From IMG/VR virus record IMGVR_UViG_3300037511_000475: a DNA stretch of 64,000 bases; one strand, written 5' to 3'. Source of the stretch: a virus. Positions 18,181-27,372 of the stretch are shown in pieces. A program made the translations under genes and the position numbers. Each line of letters begins with the position of its first letter. Within the stretch, counting starts at the first letter, position 1. The notes beneath the pieces were generated by a model. The model was not told where the DNA came from and searched no databases. It saw only the letters and a list, made by a program, of their open reading frames with translations.

Positions 18181-18540
18181 TCAAAGGGATTCTTGAAAGA
18201 ACCCTTTCAATGCTTCTATGTCTGCGCCGATCTTTGCCAGTAGTGCGTGCACGTCCTGTTTTTGTGATAGATTTGCGATCGCCTCTAACTCCGATGTCAT
18301 GGACTGAATACTACCTTTCACTTTTAACTCCTCAACTTCCCATGGAGCCGGAAAACCCGTAATTTCTTTGGCCTTAAGCTGTGAGGCGCGATCGCTTTGC
18401 GCTTCTTCCGGCGAATCAAATTCTTGCTCGGAACAAACGTGAAAACCTCCACCTTCATCTGATTTTGCGATCAGGTGCCATTTGCCTGATGGATTTCCGT
18501 CAGCATCCTTTAATTGCATTGGCTGCACATACCAAACCAT
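18181..18540 (-). CDS. hypothetical protein
   Basis: 119-aa ORF in the portal operon. Confidence 0.65.
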   Translation of the reverse strand: MVWYVQPMQLKDADGNPSGKWHLIAKSDEGGGFHVCSEQEFDSPEEAQSDRASQLKAKEITGFPAPWEVEELKVKGSIQSMTSELEAIANLSQKQDVHALLAKIGADIEALKGFFQESL

Positions 18541-18542
18541 TA

Positions 18543-18827
18543 CTATTTCCCTTCGGTGATGGACTTGTGTTTGCGATCGCTATCCGGCTTTTCAATCTCA
18601 GCCAAAAGCTCAATGGATGACGGCTCAATCATCCCGTGTGTACCAATGCCCTGATCTTGTTTCCAGGCACTAAAAGCAGCAACCGTTTTAAGACCTACAG
18701 CCCCATCAATATCTGCCTCTTCTAGATATCCACCCCTGACTAACTGTTGCTGCACCCACGTAACGTTAGGGTGTGGCAACAGGTCTAAGCGAATAGGGTT
18801 TTTGAGAGTGGGCTTAGGTGCCATCAA
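18543..18827 (-). CDS. peptidoglycan-binding domain protein with no catalytic domain
   Basis: VTWVQQQLVRGGY...IDGAVGLKTVAAFSAWKQDQGIGTHGMI matches PG_binding_1. Confidence 0.75.
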   Translation of the reverse strand: MMAPKPTLKNPIRLDLLPHPNVTWVQQQLVRGGYLEEADIDGAVGLKTVAAFSAWKQDQGIGTHGMIEPSSIELLAEIEKPDSDRKHKSITEGK

Positions 18828-19105
18828 AACAAATCTCTGATTTTTCTCGAATTAACTAAAGCTTGAAATAACCGCAATTCCGTAACCGTTGGCTGTGCCC
18901 GTCCTCTCTCCCAATCAGAGATCCGTTGCTGCGAGATATTCTCCGCGCCACGGTGCTTCATGGCGATCGCCAATTGCTGTTGCGTAAAACGCGCTTCAGC
19001 ACGGGCCTGTCGAATAGTTTCAGCAACCTGATCGGCTCCCTTGTGCCGTTCCAAATACACTCGTTGCCGTGCCGTAAATTCAAATTGTTGTAGATCCTCT
19101 TGCAT
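18824..19105 (-). CDS. XRE-family HTH regulator
   Basis: IRQARAEARFTQQQLA...SQQRISDWERGRAQP. Confidence 0.88.
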   Translation of the reverse strand: MQEDLQQFEFTARQRVYLERHKGADQVAETIRQARAEARFTQQQLAIAMKHRGAENISQQRISDWERGRAQPTVTELRLFQALVNSRKIRDLF

Positions 19106-19124
19106 AAATCCACGGGCAAAACGA

Positions 19125-19136
19125 AAAAACTCACGG
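19125..19136 (+). promoter_or_regulatory. candidate late-promoter motif B
   Basis: AAAAACTCACGG upstream of head operon. Confidence 0.65.
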
Positions 19137-19143
19137 CATAGAC

Positions 19144-19162
19144 CGTATTGTATATCAAGCCT
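19144..19162. promoter_or_regulatory. operator motif A, CAAGCC half-site variant
   Basis: CGTATTG TATAT CAAGCCT. Confidence 0.65.
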
Positions 19163-19222
19163 AGCTCATTCCAATTATGGTTGATTTAGCCCTAAAACTC
19201 CAACTTTTTATACTTGTGCGCT

Positions 19223-20383
19223 ATGCCTGACTACCAGATCTATTTATATGGCGAAATTGGCGATAGTTGGTGGGATGAAGAGCCGCTGACAGCCAAGGCG
19301 ATCGCCGCTCAATTGGAAGAAATCCCATTGGATTCTGAGATTGAATTGCGTATCAATAGCCCTGGTGGTGATCTGGGTGAAGGTTTGGCGATCTATTCCC
19401 TGCTGAAGGAGCGCGCACCCTACATAACGGCGCGTGTAGACGGTTATGCCTTAAGTGCTGCCAGTTTCATCCTGTGTGCAGCATCTAAGGTTGTAGCGTC
19501 CGACTCTTCAATTTTCATGATCCACAACCCGCACACCATCTCCTACGGCGATGCAAACGCCTTAAGGAAAACAGCGGATGTGCTAGATACCCATCGCAAT
19601 GCAGTGCTGGGGATTTACCGCGACAAAACAGGTAAATCGGATAGTGACATCATCACTGCACTAGATGACGAAACTTGGTTTACCGGGGAAGAAGCGGTCG
19701 AATTTGGCCTTGCTGATGAGTTGAATAATGAGGCGATCGCCGAACCCGTAAAAAATTCTTTGCCGCCATGGTTGAAGGTTTCAGCCAGTGCAAAGAAGAA
19801 GCTGAAAGCCGCTGGCTTGATGCCCAAACAAAGCCGCGTTGCGGCAAAAGCCAACACCTTACCAAAGGAGAAAACAACAGTGCCTAATGAAGAAGAAAAA
19901 ACGCAAAAAATCGACAATGAAGCCCAAAGCACCGTCGAAATGAAAGCTTTGCTGGCACGGGTAACCGACCTGGAAGCTCAGGCCAAAATGCAGAGTGAAG
20001 CGATCGCAGCCAAAGATCGCGAACTGGCAGAACTGAAGCGGAAAGATGCTGTTACCGCCCTTTATACAAAGGTGCGTAACATGGCTGATTCTTTGGTCAA
20101 GAGCAATTCACCCAAGCTTTCCACGGCTGAATTTGAAGCACTGGGGTTTACCGCTGATGCTGATGCCGACATCAAAAACTTTTTGGCTGATGACAATGCG
20201 GAAACCGCCTTAAAGCAGGCTAATTTCTACGTTGAAATGGCTAAGCATCGTCCTCCCATGCTCCAAACAAAGCTTCAAACGGGTGATGAGCCCTTGCCCG
20301 AAAAGGAGCCTGCAAGCCCTGAACAAGATGAACAGTATCAGGCAGACATGGCACGCTTTGAAGCTCGACTGAAGCGCAAGTAA
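19223..20383 (+). CDS. ClpP-like prohead protease with C-terminal scaffold region
   Basis: LRINSPGGD, ALSAAS, MIHNP, DETWFTGEEAVEFGLAD; coiled-coil C-terminus. Confidence 0.92.
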   Translation: MPDYQIYLYGEIGDSWWDEEPLTAKAIAAQLEEIPLDSEIELRINSPGGDLGEGLAIYSLLKERAPYITARVDGYALSAASFILCAASKVVASDSSIFMIHNPHTISYGDANALRKTADVLDTHRNAVLGIYRDKTGKSDSDIITALDDETWFTGEEAVEFGLADELNNEAIAEPVKNSLPPWLKVSASAKKKLKAAGLMPKQSRVAAKANTLPKEKTTVPNEEEKTQKIDNEAQSTVEMKALLARVTDLEAQAKMQSEAIAAKDRELAELKRKDAVTALYTKVRNMADSLVKSNSPKLSTAEFEALGFTADADADIKNFLADDNAETALKQANFYVEMAKHRPPMLQTKLQTGDEPLPEKEPASPEQDEQYQADMARFEARLKRK

Positions 20384-20418
20384 AGCGATCGCACCCTCAC
20401 CTTTTCGCATACCTATAG

Positions 20419-20437
20419 TGTATTGAAATACAGGACA
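20419..20437. promoter_or_regulatory. operator motif A
   Basis: TGTATTG AAATA CAGGACA, 5 nt before ATG. Confidence 0.65.
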
Positions 20438-20442
20438 CCCCG

Positions 20443-21303
20443 ATGGGACTTTATCAAGAGTTAGAAACGTATTCCAATGATTCGCCGTTGCTGCGATCGC
20501 CCCATTTCCATTGCCCGGTTCACCGGACTATTGACGACACCAAAGTAACAGCCAATGGTGAAGGCAGTAAAACCTTCCCCGGTGGTTACTTCGTCGCAGA
20601 ATCTACCAACGGGTTAGGGCGCATTGCACCCCGTTCTAAAGTTGCAACCGCTGCAATTACTACGTCTTCAACGGCAATTGTCGTTGAGAATGCAATGCCT
20701 TTTGTTGCAGGTGATGTACTGGTTATCCCAGTGCCTTACGCCCGTCTGGATCTGGCGTTGACCTGGGCAAATGCTGACGTTGCAAACGTTGTCATTGCAG
20801 GTCAAACCCTCAGTTACACTGTTGCTGGTTATGACACGCTAACAGCACTCGCCACCACGTTAGCGGGGTTGATCAATGCCTATCCTGCATACCGGGGACG
20901 AGTAGAGGCGATCGCAGAATCCCAATACATTCACTTGTATTCGCTGGATGGGCGCTATCACACGGTTTCAGCTTCCGACACCACAGCAGGAAACGGTACT
21001 TTGACCGTTGCAAACTCTGCAACCACATTCCAGGCAAATCTAAGCGTTGGCACGATAACGACTGCTGGTGTTGATGTCGATAGCAACACTATCACCTTGG
21101 CTTCTACGGCTGCGCGGCGTCTACCTGTTGGCGGTTATGTCGGCACATCTGACAAGGTGCTGGGCTTGCTGCTGCGTCAAATTGATGTAGCAAATGAACC
21201 GGGAATTATGGGGCTTTGCACCCAAGCGGAAATCATCGCCGCCAACCTCCCCTACTACGACGGTGATATAGCCTTCACCCTACCAGATTTGAAGGTTTAT
21301 TAA
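20443..21303 (+). CDS. head decoration / capsid-stabilising protein
   Basis: Between protease and capsid; beta-rich with inserted domain; lambda gpD-like position. Confidence 0.65.
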   Translation: MGLYQELETYSNDSPLLRSPHFHCPVHRTIDDTKVTANGEGSKTFPGGYFVAESTNGLGRIAPRSKVATAAITTSSTAIVVENAMPFVAGDVLVIPVPYARLDLALTWANADVANVVIAGQTLSYTVAGYDTLTALATTLAGLINAYPAYRGRVEAIAESQYIHLYSLDGRYHTVSASDTTAGNGTLTVANSATTFQANLSVGTITTAGVDVDSNTITLASTAARRLPVGGYVGTSDKVLGLLLRQIDVANEPGIMGLCTQAEIIAANLPYYDGDIAFTLPDLKVY

Positions 21304-21347
21304 TTGTCAGACACAGACTTACTACCCTTTGAGGGAGGATTCAACAA

Positions 21348-22385
21348 GTGCAAGTAAAGGATTTTCTTGACAAGCATAAATATACGATCGATAAACAGGT
21401 CGATATTACAACCCAAGAGCTATTAATGCGTGAAGGGTTGATTCAGACCTACTTCCCGATCGACACTTACACCGATTTTGACGTGATGATTTTGCGTGTT
21501 CGGCAGAACAAGCAACTCGCTCACATCATCGGTATTGATGGCGAGATTCCGGAAAGCAAGGCTGGCTCAATGAGCATGGCGATCGCACAAGAGATCAAGA
21601 TTGGGCGATCGCATGTTTACACCGAAAGCGATATGAAGCTTCTCAAGCGTTGGCAGGAAAACATTCGAGGCATCCCCGACGATGTTCGTGACTATTTCTT
21701 TGGTACCGCTGCCAGCCATCCACAGGCCATTCTGGATACGCATAATTTGCTGTGTGTGCAACTGATGTATTCCGGCACAATCAATTACACGGATCCCATT
21801 ACAGAAGTTGCTGTAAGTCAGACTTACCCAACTGAATCATGGCAATATCCATCAGCGTTGAGTGGCGGCGCACGATGGAACCAGGCAACAGGAAACTGCC
21901 TCACGAACCTCCGTGATCATGCTCGTGAATATCGCCGGCGTCTAGGCTTTACGCCTGACATCTTAATCAACGAAGACACCGTTGATCTAATGCTGGAACA
22001 GACGGCAGTAAAAGAAGCAGCACTAGCCCGAAAAGGCGTGAATCTTGATACTGCTGGTGTTGCAGCCTACGACGTGAGCATCGATGAACTGCAAGACCTG
22101 CTTGATGTTCGGCGCGCTGGAACACTTCGCATTTTCGATGAGAAATACGAAGACTTTGATGGCGTTGAGCAATTCTTTATGCCGGAGGGGTATTACGCCT
22201 TTGCTATTCCCGATATGGGGGATAGCGGTCTAATGCCCGTACCTAGTAACAACATGGCAAGCGGTATTTACGTGTTCTCCGAGGAGCTATCTAAAGAGCC
22301 TCCTAAAGATCGCACCGTTGGCGTAGCTAATACGGCGATCGTTGTTGACGATATTCGCCGCCTGGCTGGTCGCAAAGTTTACTAA
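21348..22385 (+). CDS. major capsid protein (lambda gpE-like family)
   Basis: 345 aa; position; LIQTYFP, AVSQTYP...ARWNQ, FMPEGYYAF pattern of Phage_cap_E. Confidence 0.85.
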   Translation: MQVKDFLDKHKYTIDKQVDITTQELLMREGLIQTYFPIDTYTDFDVMILRVRQNKQLAHIIGIDGEIPESKAGSMSMAIAQEIKIGRSHVYTESDMKLLKRWQENIRGIPDDVRDYFFGTAASHPQAILDTHNLLCVQLMYSGTINYTDPITEVAVSQTYPTESWQYPSALSGGARWNQATGNCLTNLRDHAREYRRRLGFTPDILINEDTVDLMLEQTAVKEAALARKGVNLDTAGVAAYDVSIDELQDLLDVRRAGTLRIFDEKYEDFDGVEQFFMPEGYYAFAIPDMGDSGLMPVPSNNMASGIYVFSEELSKEPPKDRTVGVANTAIVVDDIRRLAGRKVY

Positions 22386-22436
22386 TTCCGCCCTTGTTCC
22401 TGCTCGGTATTCCTGAAAATCATCTGAGGTAAGACA

Positions 22437-23156
22437 ATGCCTATTGCTGTTGGCGAAACTAGTTTGCGCTTTACTACTCTCAAAGTAAAGCTTTTGGATC
22501 TGGGTGTTCGTACCGTTACGCCCGTTACTATCACTGCTGATGCAGCGATCGCAGAGGGTGCAACAAGCGCTTCTCTGACCGCCTCCACGGCTGCCACAGT
22601 TGTTCCTGCTGGAACTGCCCTGCCATTCAATGAAGCTTCCCCTTCTGGTGCTACTAGCCGAAAGCTGATTGTTACTCGTGCTGATGCAACGCTCGGAACC
22701 ACTCCCACTTCTGTAAGTATCTTCCCTGCCCGTTTAGCGGTTCCTGATACGGAAGAGGCTAGTTTCGTTGCAGGCCTGCTGCCTGTGTTTGGTCTGCAAG
22801 AATTCTCCTTCCAAACTCAAGACCAGACGGTAGATACAACCGACACCCTGTCAGGGATTGGTACCGAGATGGCGATCGTTCGAAGCGGCATCGAGTTTAC
22901 GATGAGCCATATTGAAAGGGTTGCAGATAAAGGTCTGACAACCATCATTAAACAGGTAGCACTGGACATGGCGCTAAAAGGCCGCGAAGTATACGCAGAG
23001 CTGGTTTTTGCTGACGGGGAAACCCACAAAGGTGCAGCCAAGGTGATGAACTACAGCCAACCTGGCAACCAGAACGAAGTTAAGAAAGTTAGCTATACCC
23101 TTCAGTTCCAGGGTGAGAGCTACTACTACGAACCTGCCTATACCTTTGCCGCTTAA
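22437..23156 (+). CDS. major tail tube protein
   Basis: PVFGLQEFSFQTQDQTVDTTD...GAAKVMNYSQPG...VSYTLQFQG siphovirus tube pattern. Confidence 0.8.
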   Translation: MPIAVGETSLRFTTLKVKLLDLGVRTVTPVTITADAAIAEGATSASLTASTAATVVPAGTALPFNEASPSGATSRKLIVTRADATLGTTPTSVSIFPARLAVPDTEEASFVAGLLPVFGLQEFSFQTQDQTVDTTDTLSGIGTEMAIVRSGIEFTMSHIERVADKGLTTIIKQVALDMALKGREVYAELVFADGETHKGAAKVMNYSQPGNQNEVKKVSYTLQFQGESYYYEPAYTFAA

Positions 23157-23158
23157 TC

Positions 23159-23407
23159 ATGCAAGTTGATTACCTCTCAGATCCCGATCAATCGTTTGCA
23201 GCTTTGGTCAATTGCAAGGTTGAGGAAAGCGAAATCAAATGCGGGTTTGCCTGGTTTCTGGGAGGTATCAGCGGCGATATTGAGCTAGTCAGTCCTGAGG
23301 GCTTTTCAGTTTTAATCCTGATACCTAAAGAGGTTCAGAACGTAGCTACAGCACACGTTCTATGCAATCCCGATGAAGCGATCGCAATCCAGCGAATCAA
23401 ATTATGA
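23159..23407 (+). CDS. hypothetical protein
   Basis: 82-aa ORF in morphogenesis operon. Confidence 0.65.
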   Translation: MQVDYLSDPDQSFAALVNCKVEESEIKCGFAWFLGGISGDIELVSPEGFSVLILIPKEVQNVATAHVLCNPDEAIAIQRIKL

Positions 23408-23640
23408 AACTAAAAGCACTGAAAAAATGCTGGGATTATCAGAAGGAAATCGCGGTTCCGGCAGGTGAAGAATTTGATCTGCCAACCAACCAGGCACAAT
23501 CCCTAATCAAAATTGGGGCAGCGATCGCCCTCCCAGTAGAACCTGCACCATTAAGTGTTGATTTACTTGAGGAGGATGCGATCGCCCCACCATTGCCCAA
23601 ACCTGAACTTCCTAAGCCAACGAAGAAGCCTAAAACTTGA
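23404..23640 (+). CDS. small head-associated hypothetical protein
   Basis: AGEEFDLP..QAQSLIKIGAA plus Pro/Lys tail; ATGA overlap. Confidence 0.65.
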   Translation: MKLKALKKCWDYQKEIAVPAGEEFDLPTNQAQSLIKIGAAIALPVEPAPLSVDLLEEDAIAPPLPKPELPKPTKKPKT

Positions 23641-24037
23641 TAGGTCTTTTGGGGTTTGGTTCTTTTAATGGACGTGATGCTGAATGAAACTGTGTACGGT
23701 TTTCGGTGCTGGCGGGTGATTGAGATTCAAGTAAAGACAGAAGCCTTTGATATTCAATCCCGTACTTTGTTGAGCCCAGGTCTTTATCGGCATAAGTGAC
23801 CGTATAGCCTTCATCGTTACGCTCAAACTGTTTTACCGTATCGGGCGATCGCTCACTTGCTTCATTCCGCAAAGTTAGTTTATGCCCCATCAAGGCAATA
23901 AAAGCTGAATCGTACAAAATGCCCCAATCACGCAGCATTAACTCAGCATCAACCAATGTTTTGAATGCCAGGTAATCAGGCTCAGTCAGGCTTGAAAATT
24001 CGGTCAAAATCGTGAAACTTTCGTAGGTAATAGCCAT
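23630..24037 (-). CDS. head-tail adaptor (DUF4054-like), inverted relative to operon
   Basis: EFSSL...W..LYD.AFIALMGH.LTL...SVTY...DLGSTKYGIEYQRLL. Confidence 0.75.
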   Translation of the reverse strand: MAITYESFTILTEFSSLTEPDYLAFKTLVDAELMLRDWGILYDSAFIALMGHKLTLRNEASERSPDTVKQFERNDEGYTVTYADKDLGSTKYGIEYQRLLSLLESQSPASTENRTQFHSASRPLKEPNPKRPIKF

Positions 24038-24485
24038 GTTTAGCGTGGAAAAACTTACTACTCAAACCTTAGCCGGAATACCTTCCGACTGGTTGAAGAT
24101 GGAGCCGAATTTTGAAATTACGCAAACAACCAGAACAGGCGAAACCGAGATCGTGAATGGGTTGGAAGTGTTTGTTGAAGGGGCGATCGCCACAACCACA
24201 ACCTATTTAGCCTACGTACATGAACCCAAAGATCCTAGAGAAGTAATCCAGGGTGAAGCCGCAACCTCAAGGCTTTATCTGAAGGGGCACCTAATCGATC
24301 CGGTGCAGTTCCCCTCAGACTTTGATTATGATGCTCAATTTACAGCCCGGTTTCTGTCTGGCTCCTTAGCAAATGTTGGCTACGGAGTTTTTCAGTTACA
24401 GCCAATCATCGAACCTGGTTCAACTGCGTTAACCGAAAAGATGGGGCAACGGATCACGGGATTCTTTACGGCAAACACCCGATAA
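24036..24485 (+). CDS. head closure / head-tail joining protein (alternative start 24099)
   Basis: Position; beta-rich composition. Confidence 0.6.
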   Translation: MFSVEKLTTQTLAGIPSDWLKMEPNFEITQTTRTGETEIVNGLEVFVEGAIATTTTYLAYVHEPKDPREVIQGEAATSRLYLKGHLIDPVQFPSDFDYDAQFTARFLSGSLANVGYGVFQLQPIIEPGSTALTEKMGQRITGFFTANTR

Positions 24486-24489
24486 GCCT

Positions 24490-24891
24490 ATGTATGGAAG
24501 CGGAACATACGAATCAGTAATGAGCATCCTCAGAGAATTGCTGGATGCTGAAATTGGTACGTTTAAGGACGGGCGAAAGGCGTTCTGGGATGACCTGCGA
24601 TCGCGTCCTGACATGAACCCTGGGATGCTGTTGATCTTGCGCCGTCATCCCCTGCGAGTGAACGATCAAATGGATCAATGGTTTTTGTCTTTGGTGCAGA
24701 GCGATCGCTCTGATGCTGGTGTGCAGAAGTTTGATAGTGCGATCGCCAAACTAAAAGATAAGTTTCCGCAACATCGGAATCTGCTTGTTTTTGATGGTGG
24801 CGATGGGCAACCGCTTCAATGCAATCTCCGTTTGCTGTTTCACCCAGAAGCGTATCCAAATATTAACGGCAGAATCGTGGAGGCTTTATGA
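24490..24891 (+). CDS. tail terminator-like protein
   Basis: 133 aa; neck-module position. Confidence 0.5.
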   Translation: MYGSGTYESVMSILRELLDAEIGTFKDGRKAFWDDLRSRPDMNPGMLLILRRHPLRVNDQMDQWFLSLVQSDRSDAGVQKFDSAIAKLKDKFPQHRNLLVFDGGDGQPLQCNLRLLFHPEAYPNINGRIVEAL

Positions 24892-26579
24892 GCTTAGTTT
24901 TACATCGCACAATCACGGGTGCAGACCTCCACAACTCAAAGGCGACAGGCTTTACAGGGGATCCTGCAAGCTTTACGCCTACAGAACCAGGGGTGTTTTA
25001 CGTAAAAACTGATGTAACACCTAACGTCTTGTATCGCAGTACGGGCACAACCGTTGGTGCGCTGGCAGCCGTTGGTAGTGCTGATGATTCAGAAGGGGTG
25101 ACGGATCACGGGGCACTCACTGGTTTAAGTGACGACGATCACACACAGTATTTCAATACAACCAGGGGCGATGCTCGATATCAACTGAAGAGCGATCGCC
25201 TTGCAGAGATTGCGGCACTTACGCCTTCTGTTACAGGACAAACGATTGAATGGAGCGGATCCGCGTGGGTTGTTGGCACAGATGATGGGGGCGTTTCATC
25301 GCTCAATAGCCTGTCTGGTGCGCTGACGATCGCCAACGGAAGCAATATCACAGTCACTCCGTCTGGAAGCACTATCACGATTGGCACCACTGGCTTATTG
25401 GTCGCAGCTAACAACCTGTCTGATCTCCCCAGTGCGGCAACTGCTCGGACTAATTTAGGAGTGGCGATCGGTACTAACGTACAAGCCTACAGCGCACGCC
25501 TGTCAGAACTAGCAGCGCTAACACCCACTACAGGACAAGTCCCTAAATGGTCTGGATCTGCCTGGGTTGCAGGGGATGACAATAGCTCTAGTAGCACGGG
25601 CACAGTTACCAGCGTTGCCCTGTCTGCGCCTACATTTCTGACTGTTAGCGGTTCACCCGTCACCACATCCGGAACCTTAACCCTTACCCTTGCCAATCAG
25701 TCGATGGGTACTGTTTTTGCGGGGCCAGCAGCTAGCACCGGGGCACCCACATTTAGATCGCTCGTAGCTTCTGATATTCCTGCGATCGCCATCTCCGGCG
25801 TCACAAACCTACAAACGGCATTGGATGCCAAATTAGCGATCGCCAACAACCTATCAGAGCTATCCGCCTCAGCCTCTACGGTGCGAGGGAACCTGGGTGT
25901 AGTAATTGGAACTGATGTGCAGGCTTACAGCGCAAGACTTGCTGATATTGCCGCACTAACACCCACCTCAGGCAAAGTCATCAAAGGAAACGGCGCAACA
26001 TGGGTCGTAGCTGATGACGAAACAGGAGGAGGAGGTGTTGCAGGGGTTTCGTCGTTGAATGCCCTGACAGGCGCACTGGCTATCACGGCAGGTAGCAATA
26101 TCAGTGTTACGCCGTCGGGAAGCACGATCGCGATCGCCGTCAGCAACGTTGGCATTGTCTGGGCAAAATCCGCCACACCAGGCAGCACAACCTCTTTTTC
26201 ACTCACCACTCTATCCACGGTCACAATTCCTGCTGGCACCTTGCAATCAGGGGATCTAATTGAGGTGATTGGATTCTTTGCGGGCACTGGTGGAGGTTCA
26301 AAGAGTTATGTGTTATCCATTGGTGGCACTACTGTTTTTGGGCGATCGCCTACCAGCAACTACCAAACCTTTCGCCGTGTTTTTGCTTGCGGTACCAACA
26401 CGGTTACAACATCAGGTGCAACAACAACAGAACCAGCGGAACACTCAAACAGTTCTGAACTGTCGTTTTCTGTAACGTTTTCCAGCGGAAGCTTTGCAAT
26501 CGATTTTCGTGGCTCCTGCGATGCTGGCAGTTCCTGTATTCTGCGCGGTGGAATCGTTCGTGTCTTGAGGGCTCCCTAA
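24888..26579 (+). CDS. tail fibre-like protein 2 with tandem repeats
   Basis: RL.EIAALTP x3, ANNLS.L...AR.NLGV.IGT.VQAYSARL x2, GVSSLN.L.GAL.I..GSNI.VTPSGST x2; shares modules with fibre 1. Confidence 0.8.
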   Translation: MSLVLHRTITGADLHNSKATGFTGDPASFTPTEPGVFYVKTDVTPNVLYRSTGTTVGALAAVGSADDSEGVTDHGALTGLSDDDHTQYFNTTRGDARYQLKSDRLAEIAALTPSVTGQTIEWSGSAWVVGTDDGGVSSLNSLSGALTIANGSNITVTPSGSTITIGTTGLLVAANNLSDLPSAATARTNLGVAIGTNVQAYSARLSELAALTPTTGQVPKWSGSAWVAGDDNSSSSTGTVTSVALSAPTFLTVSGSPVTTSGTLTLTLANQSMGTVFAGPAASTGAPTFRSLVASDIPAIAISGVTNLQTALDAKLAIANNLSELSASASTVRGNLGVVIGTDVQAYSARLADIAALTPTSGKVIKGNGATWVVADDETGGGGVAGVSSLNALTGALAITAGSNISVTPSGSTIAIAVSNVGIVWAKSATPGSTTSFSLTTLSTVTIPAGTLQSGDLIEVIGFFAGTGGGSKSYVLSIGGTTVFGRSPTSNYQTFRRVFACGTNTVTTSGATTTEPAEHSNSSELSFSVTFSSGSFAIDFRGSCDAGSSCILRGGIVRVLRAP

Positions 26580-27013
26580 TGATTACTGTTCCTGCTATCA
26601 ATGGCGCTCCTGAATACACCCCAGAAGGGGCAATCTATTCAGAATGTGATGGAGCAACCTACACCTTTTACTTTGAGGGTGATGAATTTACAATCCCAGA
26701 GCCAGAGGCGATCGCCCCTCGCAACTGGGCAACGTTTCGCCTGGGCATGCTCTCTAATCCTGCTTTCCGCCGGATAACTGATAAGGCCAACTGTCATCAA
26801 ATCGATGGAGCGGCGATCGCCTCTGAAATCAACCAGAACCCACCAAATGAGCCTTCCGTCTCTGCACTTACTCTGATCTGGAACAACATCATTACAAACC
26901 TCCCTCAAGGTGTTGAGCCAACAACGTTAGAGGTTTCTGGCTGGCAGGCGATCGCAGATGCAGCAAACGTCCCTTTGCTGTTCCAGTCAGATGGGACGTT
27001 ACCCAATGGTTAG
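26579..27013 (+). CDS. fibre-associated protein / possible chaperone
   Basis: Coupled to fibre 2 (TAATG overlap). Confidence 0.6.
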   Translation: MITVPAINGAPEYTPEGAIYSECDGATYTFYFEGDEFTIPEPEAIAPRNWATFRLGMLSNPAFRRITDKANCHQIDGAAIASEINQNPPNEPSVSALTLIWNNIITNLPQGVEPTTLEVSGWQAIADAANVPLLFQSDGTLPNG

Positions 27014-27371
27014 ATCAACCCGGTGGAACCCTCCCAAAATCCCCAAAATTACAGCTAGTTTCTTATGGGATGTGGATTACGCAGCAGAAGTACACGAACA
27101 CCCGGAAAGACCGCGCCCATGGGTAGACGTAACATTAGCTGATTTCGATATATGCGATCGCTTCCGTGAGAATTACAAGGGACTGAATACGATAGATGTA
27201 TGTTTTTTCAATACAATGGATGAGTTAGGGGATGAGTTTACTTTAACGATTGATGAGTATGAGTGGAACTACACTTCTACCAATCGGAAAAGACACATCC
27301 CTGAATACACCTGGCGAACGATCACTGATTCCGGTGATTTAGCCGACTCACTAACCATCACTTATTCCTGA
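27006..27371 (+). CDS. neck / tail completion protein (HK97 gp10-like)
   Basis: C-terminal RTITDSGDLADSL resembles the DTGxLxxS motif. Confidence 0.5.
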   Translation: MVRSTRWNPPKIPKITASFLWDVDYAAEVHEHPERPRPWVDVTLADFDICDRFRENYKGLNTIDVCFFNTMDELGDEFTLTIDEYEWNYTSTNRKRHIPEYTWRTITDSGDLADSLTITYS

Positions 27372-27372
27372 T

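Noticed and set aside
23600-24100. Invertible segment around the adaptor gene
   Set aside because: No flanking inverted repeats or invertase gene seen; treated as a fixed inversion
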